Source of the DNA: Fimicolochytrium jonesii
Taxonomy: Eukaryota
Reading direction: 5' to 3'
DNA: 64,000 nt
NCBI RefSeq assembly: GCF_025526975.1
Contig: NW_026515668.1
Location: 1,426,001 to 1,490,000, forward strand
The notes beneath the pieces were generated by a model that was given only the letters and a program-made list of their open reading frames with translations, was not told the origin of the DNA and ran no database searches. Positions within the stretch are counted from its first letter, which is position 1. Each line of letters starts with the position of its first letter. This document shows, piece after piece, positions 47,832 through 59,800 of the stretch. Both the position numbers and the translations under genes were made by a program.

Positions 47832-50208
47832 TTACGGCAATAACGACCGTCCCTCGGGGACCGGCACTCGCCCAGTTTTGCACACGTCGTCCAAAAAGAG
47901 TTGCAGACGGGTGGCTGCGGCCACCGCGTCTGCGGGTATCATGGGCATGTAGACGTCCCGAATGTAGACGATCATCTTCTCAGCTTGTTTGCCGAATCGC
48001 GGTAGGAATTGTGATCCTGCCATCTATAAGAGAGGGTAGGAGGACACACAGTCCGGCGCGTCAGGAACCATTTTACGTTGCGGGGAGTGATGAAGATTGA
48101 TGTGCCGTACCTCCAAAAACCGCAAGATCAAGCCGGGTGACACGCGCCTTGGCTTCATATTCAGCATCCGCGAGAGCCATATCCACGCGAAATCTATTCC
48201 ATGAATGTGCGGTACTGTTTTCAAAGCGCATGAGAATTAGCCAGAATGGCCGCAAAAGAATCGTGGGTTCTTAGCGCGGTGCTTACCCGAATCCGTTTGT
48301 ACAATAGCCGCATAAAGCGCAAGGATTCCGCCCATTCGCTCCGCGTACTGAGCTCTCGTCTCCCACTCGACTATTTTCCTGTAGCCTAATTTGAGACGGA
48401 AGTCGTCGTCGGACTCTCCCTGAAATCGACGTCGTAGTCAGCGTGAAGTGGGAATTTCTGGGGGCGGAGTCGGTCCACTTACTTTTAACCGAGCAGGAAA
48501 ATATGGAACAACGTAAGGACATCGTTTCGACATTTTGCCTAGCAAAATGTCCAGAAAATCTGGATGCGCATTATAGAGCATGATACACAGAATGGCGAGC
48601 GGGAAAGCGGTGTCCATCTTGACGGCCACTTCGTTTTCGCATTGTTTCTGGAAAAGGTTTGGAGTGTGAGCGACCACATATGTGCCCAGAGGAAAAGTCG
48701 CCCTGCTCAACGTACTATAATCTGCTTTGCCAGGATGTCCATGCATAGCCTATACGCCTCCGAGCTGACCGACTTGGCGCCTTTCAATACTTGGTCGATG
48801 TCCTTTGCCTGGAAAGTAACCGTTAGGATGGGATGCTTGCGCTAGAAGAGACTTGGTTTGCCCTTACAATCTCAATAATCTTCTTCTGGGAGTTCATTAC
48901 TTGTCCCAAACGACGCGTGAAGGTCATTTTCGCCTTGAAAACGGCATTCGTCATGTTTGAGTTCGTTCCGGATTTGAAAAGCGGTTTGAGGTCTGCTTTG
49001 ATGCTCTGAAAACATGTGCAGTACGCGGTCAGCGTTTTCCGAACTTTATTCTTGAAAGAGCCTTATCGCGGTCGCGTAACTTACGTCGATGAGCGCCATT
49101 CGCTCCTTCGCTTTCTCCATCACCTCGTCAGGCATGAACTTGGACATCTGAAGACACGAGCGAACAATAAGCTTTGCGTTTTCCCTCCGGTACAGTTCGG
49201 ACCGACTCACCGCTGCTGCTGCTTGCGCCGTTGATTGTTGAGCGGCCTGGGCGGCAGCTTGATTTGCCGCGTCCTGTGCTTCCTTTGCTTCAGTGGCTCT
49301 CTGCTCATCGGCCTTTCTCGCGGCAGCCTCAGCTGCCTGCCGTCTCGCTTCTGCGTCAGCTTCTTGCTTTGCAAGGGCATCGGCGGCCGCCTTCCTTTCT
49401 GCCTCCTCCTTGGCCTGTTGTACTGCCCGCGCCGCCTCTTCCTTTCTCCTCTTCTCGGCCTCCAACCTCTCCCGCTCTTTCCGTTCTCTCTCTTCTAATA
49501 TCCGCAGCGCTGCCTCAATGCTCTAGGACAAGTTCAATATGTCAGTTCTAATTCAGTATTGGTCGCCCAACCTCCCGGTGTTCCACCTTTTGATGCTCAT
49601 TCAGCGTGGTGCGAAACTCAACCTCCAGCTGCTGCCGCACTTTCTGTGCCGCTGCATCCTCCTGCGCAAGATACGGCAGTAACACTTGTTGTACCGAAGT
49701 GAGCTGTTGTTGGGTTTCGTGGGGTGCAACCGGTTGTTTCGCCATCAGAGTTCGTCGGAAAGCGAGGTGTTTCTCCCGTGCACTCTGAGACAGTTCCAAA
49801 TGATGAGCATCGAACCCCAGGTGTCAAAGGCTTCCTCAATACCTTACTTCAAAGTCCTGCTCCTCCTTCGCCCGCGCCGTTACACCAAGTGACATGTTTG
49901 CCAGTTCGGCTGAAAGCTCTCGTCCGGGGTCGCATTTTCTTTTTATCCTAGCCTGTTCCCTCGCGCACTTATGCGCTCGCCTCACCTCCGCTTGTGTCGG
50001 TGTTCGATTCGTGAAAGGCTTTATGGGACTGGTGTACAGGACAGGAGAGGTCTGTCTTAGGAGTCCACTTTTGAAGCAGGCAACCTACGGCTGCTTCACT
50101 GACGTACCTGCAGCCTGTTCTGGACGCTGGCGATGACAGAGGGTCGCCAGCGCTGCCTTCGTCGTCAGAGGCCTCGGCGTCAAAGTCTTCATAGTAACCG
50201 AACCTCAT
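47832..50208 (-). CDS. GLE1: mRNA export factor Gle1
   Basis: N-terminal MRFG, coiled-coil Ala/Glu-rich middle, and GLE1 domain (LAKQII-KQCENEV, KRCPYVVP, YAERMGGILALYAAI, AWIWLSRMLN, FLE-MAG...FGKQAEK, RLQLFL). Multi-exon. Confidence 0.9.
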
Positions 50209-51619
50209 GTCTGACGTTGTCTTGCGTGTGTTCGGGGATGGCGGACGATGGCCGAACTGGGCAACAGAAAGCTTGGGAAACGCAAACGCAAACGCAAACT
50301 TGGGAATCCCGCGAAGCCGGATACGCGTCCGCCGCTGTCATTTTCGTTCATCATCGGCAATCTTTGGCGAGTTACTGCATCTGCTACCTTTCCCAGAAAG
50401 AAAGAAGAGAACTGCATATATGACATAGATGCTTGGAATGGAGGGGGTTATACCAAACTTAACATGAGACGATGTCATACTCACTAGCTGCGTAAAAGGC
50501 AGAGAGCTTCGCCCATTGAAATCTCTGAACATCAAGTTTTCCGTGAAAACCTTTTGTGATCTGTGCAAATGGCAACGTGCGGGAACTCATTTTATACAAT
50601 CGTAGCTTGCATTGAGAGGAAAACTCTGTGCAAAAAGCTCTTCATATGCGCTGGACAGATAAAATACCCAGTTTTCCGTTCCCCGTTGCGCCTGCTACAT
50701 GAAAGTCTTTGATGATCTGAGTGGCTGGCAACATACGGGGGTCCACGCTTTATATTTTCACTAGCACACATCGTCTGTAAAATTCCGTAGGCAAAAGCTT
50801 CTATATGAGAGACTAATAAATAAGCTTCTGGTATCGCTTGTGTTGTATACCCGGAGGAGGAAGAAGAGGCGTTGTATATAACCAAAATATCGATATCAGG
50901 GTTTTGCGCCCTAGCTTCTCGAGAGGTTAGACCTCACTCGCAATGCAATGACGTGTGGGGTCGGAAGGTATTGGACGAGGATTTTGACTGCATGGACTTG
51001 CGCTTCATTCTCTCTTGGTCCGGGAAGTGCTGGAAACGCAGACTTAGAAAGGGCTGGGTGCTGAGATTTTTGCAGTTGCATGTGGACATGCAGGTCGGGC
51101 CATGGATAGTGCTATGTGTGTGTGACAACGTCCTCCTGTGAGCCGACTGGGGGTCCTCTGACGCGAAGTCGGTGCGCAATCCCCAAGGGCTCGGTCGTTT
51201 GCTGCTGCTGCTCCACGGTTTGATACAGTATAGTCGTCCCAATAGTAGTGTCCGTTGGTTCCTGGCTCCTCTCGATATCGTTGCGCTTGTTTATCGCCCA
51301 CGTCCTAGAGCGCTCCATTCCCAGATATTGTCTAATGCTCACACACCGACGTTCACTCTTGCTCAGAGCTTGATATCCGTTATATGCGTACAAGAAAAGA
51401 TCGCTCTTAGTTGAGAATCGTGAAGGTAGCGATTCCAGCCAGTCATTTAAGATGGTCAAGCTCACAAGAGGCCACCCGGGATTTCGACCGCTCTGGAGCC
51501 ATAAACGAGAGGTCACCCTAGGCAGGCATGGCCGCATGCTTCCCCAACTCTCGTTGCGACCCTAACCAACATCCCAACAAAACAGGGATCGGCGATATGC
51601 GAGTTACCGCACATCAGAT

Positions 51620-51716
51620 ACTACAGCACCCAGTATTCCTACTGACTGGGCCATCACCGGCTTAACTTCGGAGATCGGACGGGATCCGTTGCTTTCTGGT
51701 GTGTATAGCCGTAGCT
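51620..51716 (-). pseudogene. Dispersed 5S rRNA-derived copy with about 20-nt internal deletion (helix IV/box C)
   Basis: Reverse complement AGCTACGGCTATACACACCAGAAAGCAACGGATCCCGTCCGATCTCCGAAGTTAAGCCGGTGATGGCCCAGTCAGTA-GGAATACTGGGTGCTGTAGT has the 5S signatures (GATCCCGTCCGATC, GAAGTTAAGC, AGTA, GGAATAC), but is 97 nt instead of about 119. Confidence 0.9.
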
Positions 51717-52666
51717 AGCCAGTTCCACAAAAGAGGTTTGCCAAAACAAAATCCAACGTCCCAACAAAAGCGTCCCAACAAAACAGCTAATCCCTGAGCG
51801 TAGCTAGCGCAACATGTCAAACAGCCAACCGCAAATGAGTCTATCCCTCCCGAGCCAAACGAACCGTGTGCCGAACTGCCAAGAGGGCTGAATATCTATT
51901 CGTATGCAGTTTGCCGCTTCACAATGTGCGCCAACATCAGGAATCGCCAAAGCCAACAGCAAGCAAACCAACAGCAACCAGCCTAACACACACGAGCCAA
52001 AATGAACGTATTCCCCCAGTACCAAGAGCGCCTTCGTCCGCTCGGATGCCAGCATTAATGAGTATCACTGGCGTAGACGCAGCATTCTCGGACCGTGCGC
52101 CACGCTTAATTCATTCCAATTAGCGATAGTCATATCGGGCAAAATGGAAAGATCGATTTGATGCTCAGTCAAGAGCCTCGAAACTCCTTCTGCACCCGGT
52201 ACATTCGCCAACTCCAGGGCAGCCCTTGGTCCACAGTTGCACCATCAATTCATCTGCAGCTCCAGCCGGGTTTGCTGAAGCCGCTTGCTCATCCGCGCTC
52301 GCCGATGCACCTGCAACTGCAGCCTGATCTGCTGCCGCTGCTCGGTGCGCATCTGACTCCAGATCCAGCCCTGCTGGGGAGACGGGCAGGCCGGTATCCG
52401 TCGTTAAGTCGTCGTTCCTCTGCAATCAACGCGTCGAATGGTAAGGTCCCGGACAAGGTTCGCAACCAGTTCACAACGCGTCTCCTCTTATATACCTTTT
52501 GCAGTTCAGCTCGGACTCCATTTTCAATTCAAGTTGTGCCTCCGCCTGGCCCCAAGTAACAGGTTCCATAACTGCTTCTGCATAACTGGGTACTGAAGAC
52601 AAAGACTCTTGTCGACTTCCCTTCTGAATGAATAGCAAAGAAGTTTCACCGCGGCGCTCAGTTCCA

Positions 52667-54744
52667 ATGGCCACCGCTGGTGCCTCCTCCCCAACTTATG
52701 ATACCGACGAAGACGATGACCTCCTTCTCAGTCTCGCCAACGAAGCTACAAAGTTCAGTGATGACGTCGGGTCGGTTAGACCGCTGAAGGGGAAAAAGAA
52801 AGTGGCAAAGCCGACGAAAGGTATGTTCGTTCTTTGGGCTGCTTTACTAGTTCTGGCAACTGAAGACTATTCCCCGTCCTAGTCGTTGTGGACCCCAAAC
52901 TTGACGCACAGCTTAGGGAACTCGAATTCCTTAGAAAGGAGAACAAGAAGCTGAGGGAGAAGGCTATGAAGGATAAGCAGGGCTCGCAGCCGCCGGAGCT
53001 TCCTCGGAAACGGAAACAGCCGGGAGATGAAGCAACGTCACGCGGCAATACCGAAAGCACGAATGACTTCGGGGCGTTGCCTCCAGCGGGCGGCTCAACG
53101 GGACCTTTGCCGGTAGCTGATCAAGCATCAGCTACGAAAGTGAAGATGAATTTTGCTGAGAAACTGGCAGAGAACCGACGGCGCCAGGTCGCAGCGGTCG
53201 AAAACGCGACGGTGGTCAAATCCGAGAAGTTTGCATCGACACGGAATCAGAAGGAGAGCGCTGTTGACGTTGCTTCTCAAACTGGGAAGAAACAGCGGAT
53301 TTGCGATGAGGGACTTGAAGAGTTTTCTGGGTTGCGGCTGAAGTATGTCGATCGGAGTTTGCTGCATCTTTGCCCCCGTCTCAGTTGTCTAACAAACAAT
53401 CTAGGGAGTCCCGATTGGTGCCTTCTCAGTTGCTCCGATCACACATGCAGGGCCGGCGTATGGTTGCCCTTCCTGACATTTCAGCTTCGCTGTGCGGGAA
53501 CGACATTGACGGCGACTGGGTCACCATTGGTGTGCTGTGCGAGAAGTCGTCCGTACGGACCAGCGCAAAGGGCAGCAAGTACAGCATCGTGAAGTTGACG
53601 AATCTGGGGCGGGGGATGATCAATGTGTTTCTTTTCGATGACGCTCACTCCGCACTCCATGGAGAAATTCTGGGAAGTGTGGTTGCGATCTTGAATGCTG
53701 GGATATTATTACCTAATGAGGTGCGGAGTGCGCTCACTTCTAAGAGGGACATGCGCGACACGCTGATGCACGATTTCATAACACTTGCAGAGAGGCACCA
53801 CGCTTGCGCTGAATCTGAACAATCCGGATAAATGGATCAAGATCGGCGATACAAAGGATATGATCTTTTGCAAAGGAGCGCAAAGTCAAGGAGGGAAATG
53901 CAACGTCCCATTGGATGGGTATGTGAAGCTTACTTCGGACGATTGGTCTTTCACTTCCAGACTAATATCGCCTGGAACTCGTTGCACCTAGACGGTATCA
54001 TAGCTATTGCGACTTGCATGCAGAAGCGGTGTTCAAGAAAGCTCGATTAGGCCGTCAAGAGTGTATCAGCGGGTATTACCTCGAACCGTATATGTACCTG
54101 TTTGCTACACGTTGTTTATGCCTTCGTCTCCACTCCAGGAACGCGGTTTTTGCTCTCGGCGACCCAAAACAACGGGTCTCATCCGCAAAGGCCCGGTCCT
54201 GGAAATCAAATAGCACGTACAACCTCCCCGGAGGACAAGCCCTCTCGACAGGCGACACGGGCATATCGGTGATCCAGCCGTGCAAAGCAGGGAGGAAGCT
54301 GAAACCGGAAGAGCAAGCAGATTTGTGAGATACAGCTGATGTTCGATCTGTCATGCTGTGTTCTGATGCTTTGTTTCTTGATGCATTCCAGAGCAAAGAT
54401 GGTGGACTCAAACACGCCCGGTGCGCGATATTTACAACTCGCCCGCAAGATTGAAACGGACGATAATGGTATTTGAAAGAGTCATTGGATGGGGACGGTG
54501 ACCGGCGTTCCTCACCATCAGATTTCTAGGCATTACAAGGAAAGCGATCCCGACGCGACCCATTTTCACATCACAGGCCATGAGCCGAATGGGCTTTGAT
54601 CCCATTTCGGGCATGCAGTTTGTACCGTCAGAAGCGAAGGAGAAGCGGCGTATTGTAACAGCGGCGGCGGAAACACAACATGAGGAGGCGGACGTAGATG
54701 CGGATTCCGTAGAGCTAGTGCTGTCTAGCGATGAGGAGTATTGA
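52667..54744 (+). CDS. MCM10: DNA replication factor Mcm10
   Basis: EEFSGLRLK-SRLV, OB fold GDWVTIGVLCEKS..RTSAKGSKYSIVKL..L, IG.TKDM..CK....GGKC...D-RY.SYCDLH zinc motif and R.E. Multi-exon. An alternative in-frame ATG lies at 52628. Confidence 0.92.
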
Positions 54745-55282
54745 CCGTCTTTGCGCGAATGCAATTTTGGGTCTGAGTAGAGAGGCTAACCTGTGGTTCA
54801 CGCTTCGTACGGAACCCACCCTTTTTGGACAGCTGGCGTATTGAGAGATTTCGTCAACAACGCTGCTTTACATATTTACATTCCGCTGGTGTACACTGCC
54901 GATGTCCTGCAAATGAAAAGCTCGTTGTCCTGTACGAACCGACATAGCAACGCCCTAAGATTTGTCGTCCACCGAGGATCAATCGCTCGCAGACACACCG
55001 AGCCAAATCGAATCGTACGCTGATGGTTGTCGAAGTCTTTGCGCAGTGATTCACTGCTCATTTGATTTAGGTACGATAAATTACAGGGCTTGCGATGGGT
55101 GCCAAGAAATGTACAGGAAGGAATCCTTCACTTGACAGAAGCCGAGTGGTATGATTAAGGTTCAGTGAGGTAGGATCGCTTTCGGTGCACCGATGAACGA
55201 GGAAAGGTCCTCGGAATGCATCTTCTATCAAAAAGGAGTTGCTCCGTGCGGAGGAAGCGTAAAGAAGGAGCGGGCGTAACAT

Positions 55283-55817
55283 TCATCCGGATTGAGCAAT
55301 ATCTTCTTCCTGCAAACACAAGTTCAGATATCTGTACGGTTGACCAGCTCGTTCCCGCCAATTGGTTACGCACCAGTTGTAACCGTTTGCTTAGGCGGTT
55401 CACATCCTTCACAATCTCTGCTGCCGTCAAAGTCTCTGTATCCAGCTTTAGTGTCGCTTTATTGACTATGAAATCGATTGTCAATATCCACTCGAACAAC
55501 ATCGACTCTAAAGATCGCGGACGAAACCACACCATATGTGACCTCCACTGTTGGTTTCCGGACTTTATCCGACATGTTGATGACTACGTTGCATTTCGGG
55601 TTGCTTTGCCTGTTTCCGTCTGTTATGAGCTGTTGTAAAAAGCCTCTGTTTGCAGAACGTAAAAGTTGAACGGTGAGAAGCCACACATGGACATGCCATA
55701 TGCTGCTGGAACATATAACGGCGACCTAAAGCGAATCAAAAACGGTTACCTTGCCGAGCGCGACTTTGGGTTCAGCGGCGCAAAGCTCACGACGACGTTG
55801 CTTAAGTATTTTAGCAT
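55283..55817 (-). CDS. MRPL44: Mitochondrial ribosomal protein mL53 (yeast MRPL44-like)
   Basis: Four short exons, not shown intact in the ORF track: MLKYLSNVVVSFAPLNPKSRSAR|GFLQQL...KPTVEVTY|VNKATLKLDTETLTAAEIVKDVNRLSKRLQL|EEDIAQSG*. Matches the fungal mL53 pattern (V.V.F.P, AR..L, P.V.VTY). Confidence 0.85.
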
Positions 55818-56202
55818 TGTAAGCCAGGATGTGCTGGAGAATGTAATCGGCAAGGACGCAGTTGCATTGCAAGTGCGGAGGGCTGGAATTCAAAATCAAA
55901 GGAAGGCAGTTTAGCCATTAATCTCAGCTCCCAGTCACGTGCTACTCGTTTCCCATCGGAACTTCGGCTCCTTTCTTGAATTCGCACCTTGAAAGCAGTC
56001 AATTGGCAAACCAGAAGTCATCCCTTCATCAGGCTCCCACAAACACTCTGCACTTCTGCACTTCGTCAGGCAGTCGATCAGCACTCCTTCGTTAGCCAAT
56101 TGCATCAGCTCTTCCTCGTTTAGTGGGCATTCAGTTTCCAAAGTCGATCCCACAACAACCCGTCGCCCTCGTTCCCGTCCCAACACATCCAACACTCCAG
56201 AT

Positions 56203-56499
56203 ATGGCAACCGCAGTCCTCATCGGCGCCGGTGTCGCTGCAGCGGCTATCGTCGGCCGTGCTGCCCTCAAAGCGTCCGGCAAACTTGGCGGAACGTCCTT
56301 CCTTCGCGGTGGATTCGAGCCCAAAATGACTCGCCGGGAAGCAGCACAGATCCTCGGAATTAGAGAAACCGCCTCTAAAGAAAAGCTGAAGGAGGCCCAC
56401 CGACGAATTATGCTGCTGAACCACCCGGATCGAGGAGGCAGCCCGTACCTTGCGAGTAAAATCAACGAAGCGAAAGACATGATCGATAAACGAAGGTGA
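56203..56499 (+). CDS. PAM18: Mitochondrial import motor J-protein Pam18/Tim14
   Basis: [17 protein letters not shown]...[31 protein letters not shown] after an N-terminal hydrophobic segment. Confidence 0.96.
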   Translation: MATAVLIGAGVAAAAIVGRAALKASGKLGGTSFLRGGFEPKMTRREAAQILGIRETASKEKLKEAHRRIMLLNHPDRGGSPYLASKINEAKDMIDKRR

Positions 56500-56851
56500 C
56501 AGCCTCAACGCTTTCGCCATACCTGGTTCCACCACAACATCGCCTGTTTCTCGAAACATCAGTGGCTGCACCGAGTTTCAAGGATGTGACTATCGAGGCC
56601 CAGATCATGTCGGTCAGTGGGTTTTCGAGCCATACAGTTGCATCGACAGTAGCGAACGCTCCCTCAATCTCCACCCGACGGCACCAGTTTATAGTTTAGG
56701 TCCCGATATCCGTCTTCATCATTTGGTACACCATTCACCCACCCAACCTGTATCTAAGTATCATACAATTTTGAGTCCACCCAATATCTATCTATTCGCA
56801 CACATATCGTCTCAGGGAATACGGTCAGCTTCAGATGTTAGATTGGTTGAT

Positions 56852-59800
56852 TCATTGGCGCAGGTTCAGAATACCGCAGGAATTTGAGGAGAGTCTCATC
56901 TCTAGCCCTGGGAGCCTTATGAATCAGCAGGACGGAAATGCAGATGCAGCAGGCTAAGATGTTCTCACGCTCACCGTCGAGCACCACGGAGGATATTTTG
57001 ATAGGCAGCTTGGACGACCCGTTGAGGGACGTAGTGGACGATATGATGGACTGCGAGCCCAGTTTCACCACAGAACTGGAATCTTCCCTTGCCATACACT
57101 GCTCCATGATGCAGGCTTGCGCGCGCTGTCGCTCTTCCTCCGACACTTCAGAAGAATCGATGCTGACGATTTGTGGGAATTGCATGACGACGGCAAGCCG
57201 GTACATTTGTTTCCGCGCGACGGCGTTGAGCGAGAGGGACAGCTCGACCAGATTCGGAAGCCGTATTTTCTGTAGGCGAAGGGGTAGATGGTCAACTCTC
57301 GCATCATGCAAGGGAAAAGACTGTCGTTGGCAAATACCTCAATCTCCGAGATCTCATTGACCCGATTATTCGACATGTAAAGGCGTTCTAAGCCCTGGAT
57401 GGCATCAAAATACGCAAGGGACTTGATGCGATTTTCCCTGATAGATACGAGATTTAGGATACCGAATGCCTAATGTCCTAAAGGGCAAAGATCCTTACTT
57501 GACATGTAGGGTCTTCAGGTGCGGCACGTATGTAAAAGAGTTGAGGGTCGCTCCTTTGATGTGATTCTTGTCCAGCACCAGCTCCATGAGGTTTGGCATG
57601 TTTTCCAATCCATCAATCTGCGAGGCGATCATGTTAGTGTTACGGCCAGAAGAACAGACTCCATAAAAGGGCGATTCTTGATACCTTTGTTATCCGATTC
57701 CCATTCAAATACAAGATTCGCAACTGCGACATGCGAAACAGCCCAAGATCCGCAATCCTCGTTATCATATTATTCCCAAGATGCAACTCCTCCAAGTTCG
57801 GTAGCAAAGGCTTCGCGAACCGTGCCGCATGCATCGGATCAGACTTCAGCGGGTTGCCAGCACCCGCCGCCGCCGGAAGATCTGAGGAAAGCAGCCGCTC
57901 CATGCGGTTGTTGTTCAAACTCAGATGACGCAACGCGACCAGACCGACGAAACAGTCGATGTTGGTCAGGAGGTTGTTGTCAAACGTAAGTTTGCGCAGG
58001 TTGCGGAAGTCGAACCCAGCAAAACAATCGATTTCGCGGATTTTGCAATTGCGGAGGTCGAGCTCCGTGATGGCCTTGAAAGTGAGGTGCCCGATCTTTT
58101 CACCGAGGAGCTCGATCGTGAGTTTGCCGAGGTAAGCTTCACGCGCTGCGGTCTGTTCCCGGGTGGAGATGCCCGTGCCATCGAGAATCTGCAGACATTT
58201 GAGCCTTAGCGCCTTTTGACTGAGCAGTTTGCATGATCTGATCCCTTACCTTCAGCTTTCCCAGATGGTAGATGGTGAACAGCCTGTACGTCTCAAGTTT
58301 GCATACAGCATTCCCAGTGAAGTCCAAGATGATCAATCGCGGCAGTTCACGAAGAGGGAATATGTTCATGAGGTCTGCGACTTCATTGTTGCCAGCATCT
58401 GAAATGGCAAAATGCACATGAGTGACGAGCGCTGCATCCACGACATTAGCAAACCGGAGACACTCTTGGCCTCAACTCACACAACTCCATTAACGTCGGC
58501 AGATCTGCGAGCGGCCGCAAGTTTGTTATGCTGTTGTTCTCAATCGACAACAACATCAACGCCTGGAACCCGCCAGCGCACTCAATCGTCGCGATCCTGT
58601 TCAAGCTCACGTCCAGCTTTGTCAAAGCTTTCAACGCAACCAGTGGCTCGATTGTCTGGAGCTCATTATTTTCAAGCGTCAGTTCCTCCAGCCGCGTGAA
58701 CGCCGCCAACTTGGTAACATCGCGAATGCTATTGTTGCGGAAACTCGCCCAACGGAGGTTCACCATCCCCGTCGGGAGGCCAGACAGATCAAACAGGTTG
58801 CATGAGTCGAGCTCGAGGGTCGTGAGCGCTTCTACCACCAGTTGCTCGGTCATATGGGGGTGGTGGGCGAGCCGCCAGTACTCGTTTTGAGTGGCCGAGA
58901 AGCCATATCCGGTCTGGGTGCGGACGCTGAGCGGGCGGAAGAGGTGAGGTTGAGTCGAGGAGTGGTCGATGAGGAGTTTGAGGTTGATCTCCGATGGCGC
59001 TGCCTAGAATGGTGTTGTTTAGCTTCCTTCTCTGTCGGCCGGTGCAAGGCTGGACTCTTGAGAACGTACCTGATGATGTGCACTGCATTCGACTCCGTCC
59101 AGGCATTGTAGGTTGGCCAGCCTTACTAGCATGTAGCTGCGATGACCCTTCATCTTGCAGACCGGATTGAACCTCGTGTCGAGTATACTGAGGCAATCTG
59201 GGAGGAGCACTCGGATGAGTATACCCTGACTGATGGGAATTACATCAACCGATGCGTTTTACCTTTCTGAAATAAGACGGCAAACTCTTTGATGTCGGCA
59301 ATCTGGTTTGCGGCCAAATCCAAATGCCTCAACATGGGCGTCACCATCAACGTCTGCAAGCGCTTGATCTTGTTGAAGCTCACGTCCAGTTTCTCAAGTT
59401 GACGGAACTCCGCAAGTGATGGAACATTGTTGAGACCGCATCCCGAAAGGGACAGGGATCGGATCTGCGTGTAAAACGCTTGGTCCGTGAGGCTTTTGAT
59501 CTTAACCCAGTTGAGGTTCAGATAGTCAACGACAGGGGCGTCGTTCGTTACTGTGTGCTACATGGGAAATGGCCGCTGCGTCAGCTTCATGGGGCATCTC
59601 GTTTAAGATGATACGAATTCAGCCTACCTTGAAAGTGTAATCCAAAAATGCGGATGTGTCATCTGCAACCTTGACCTCTGGGTACCTCGATTCAATAAGT
59701 GCCAGGGATAGATTGTCCGATTTGAACTCCCTCGGTTGGTTCAACTACATAGCCCGGTTCAATAAGGCTTTCATGTCCGCCAGCAAGATTGCTATCGACA

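Noticed and set aside
51620..51716. Functional 5S rRNA gene
   Set aside because: Helix IV/box C is deleted, helices II and III carry mismatches, and there is no adjacent oligo-T terminator.
52165..52425. Ala-rich 86-aa ORF with CxxC upstream of MCM10
   Set aside because: Non-ATG start, no supported upstream exon and no recognisable homology.
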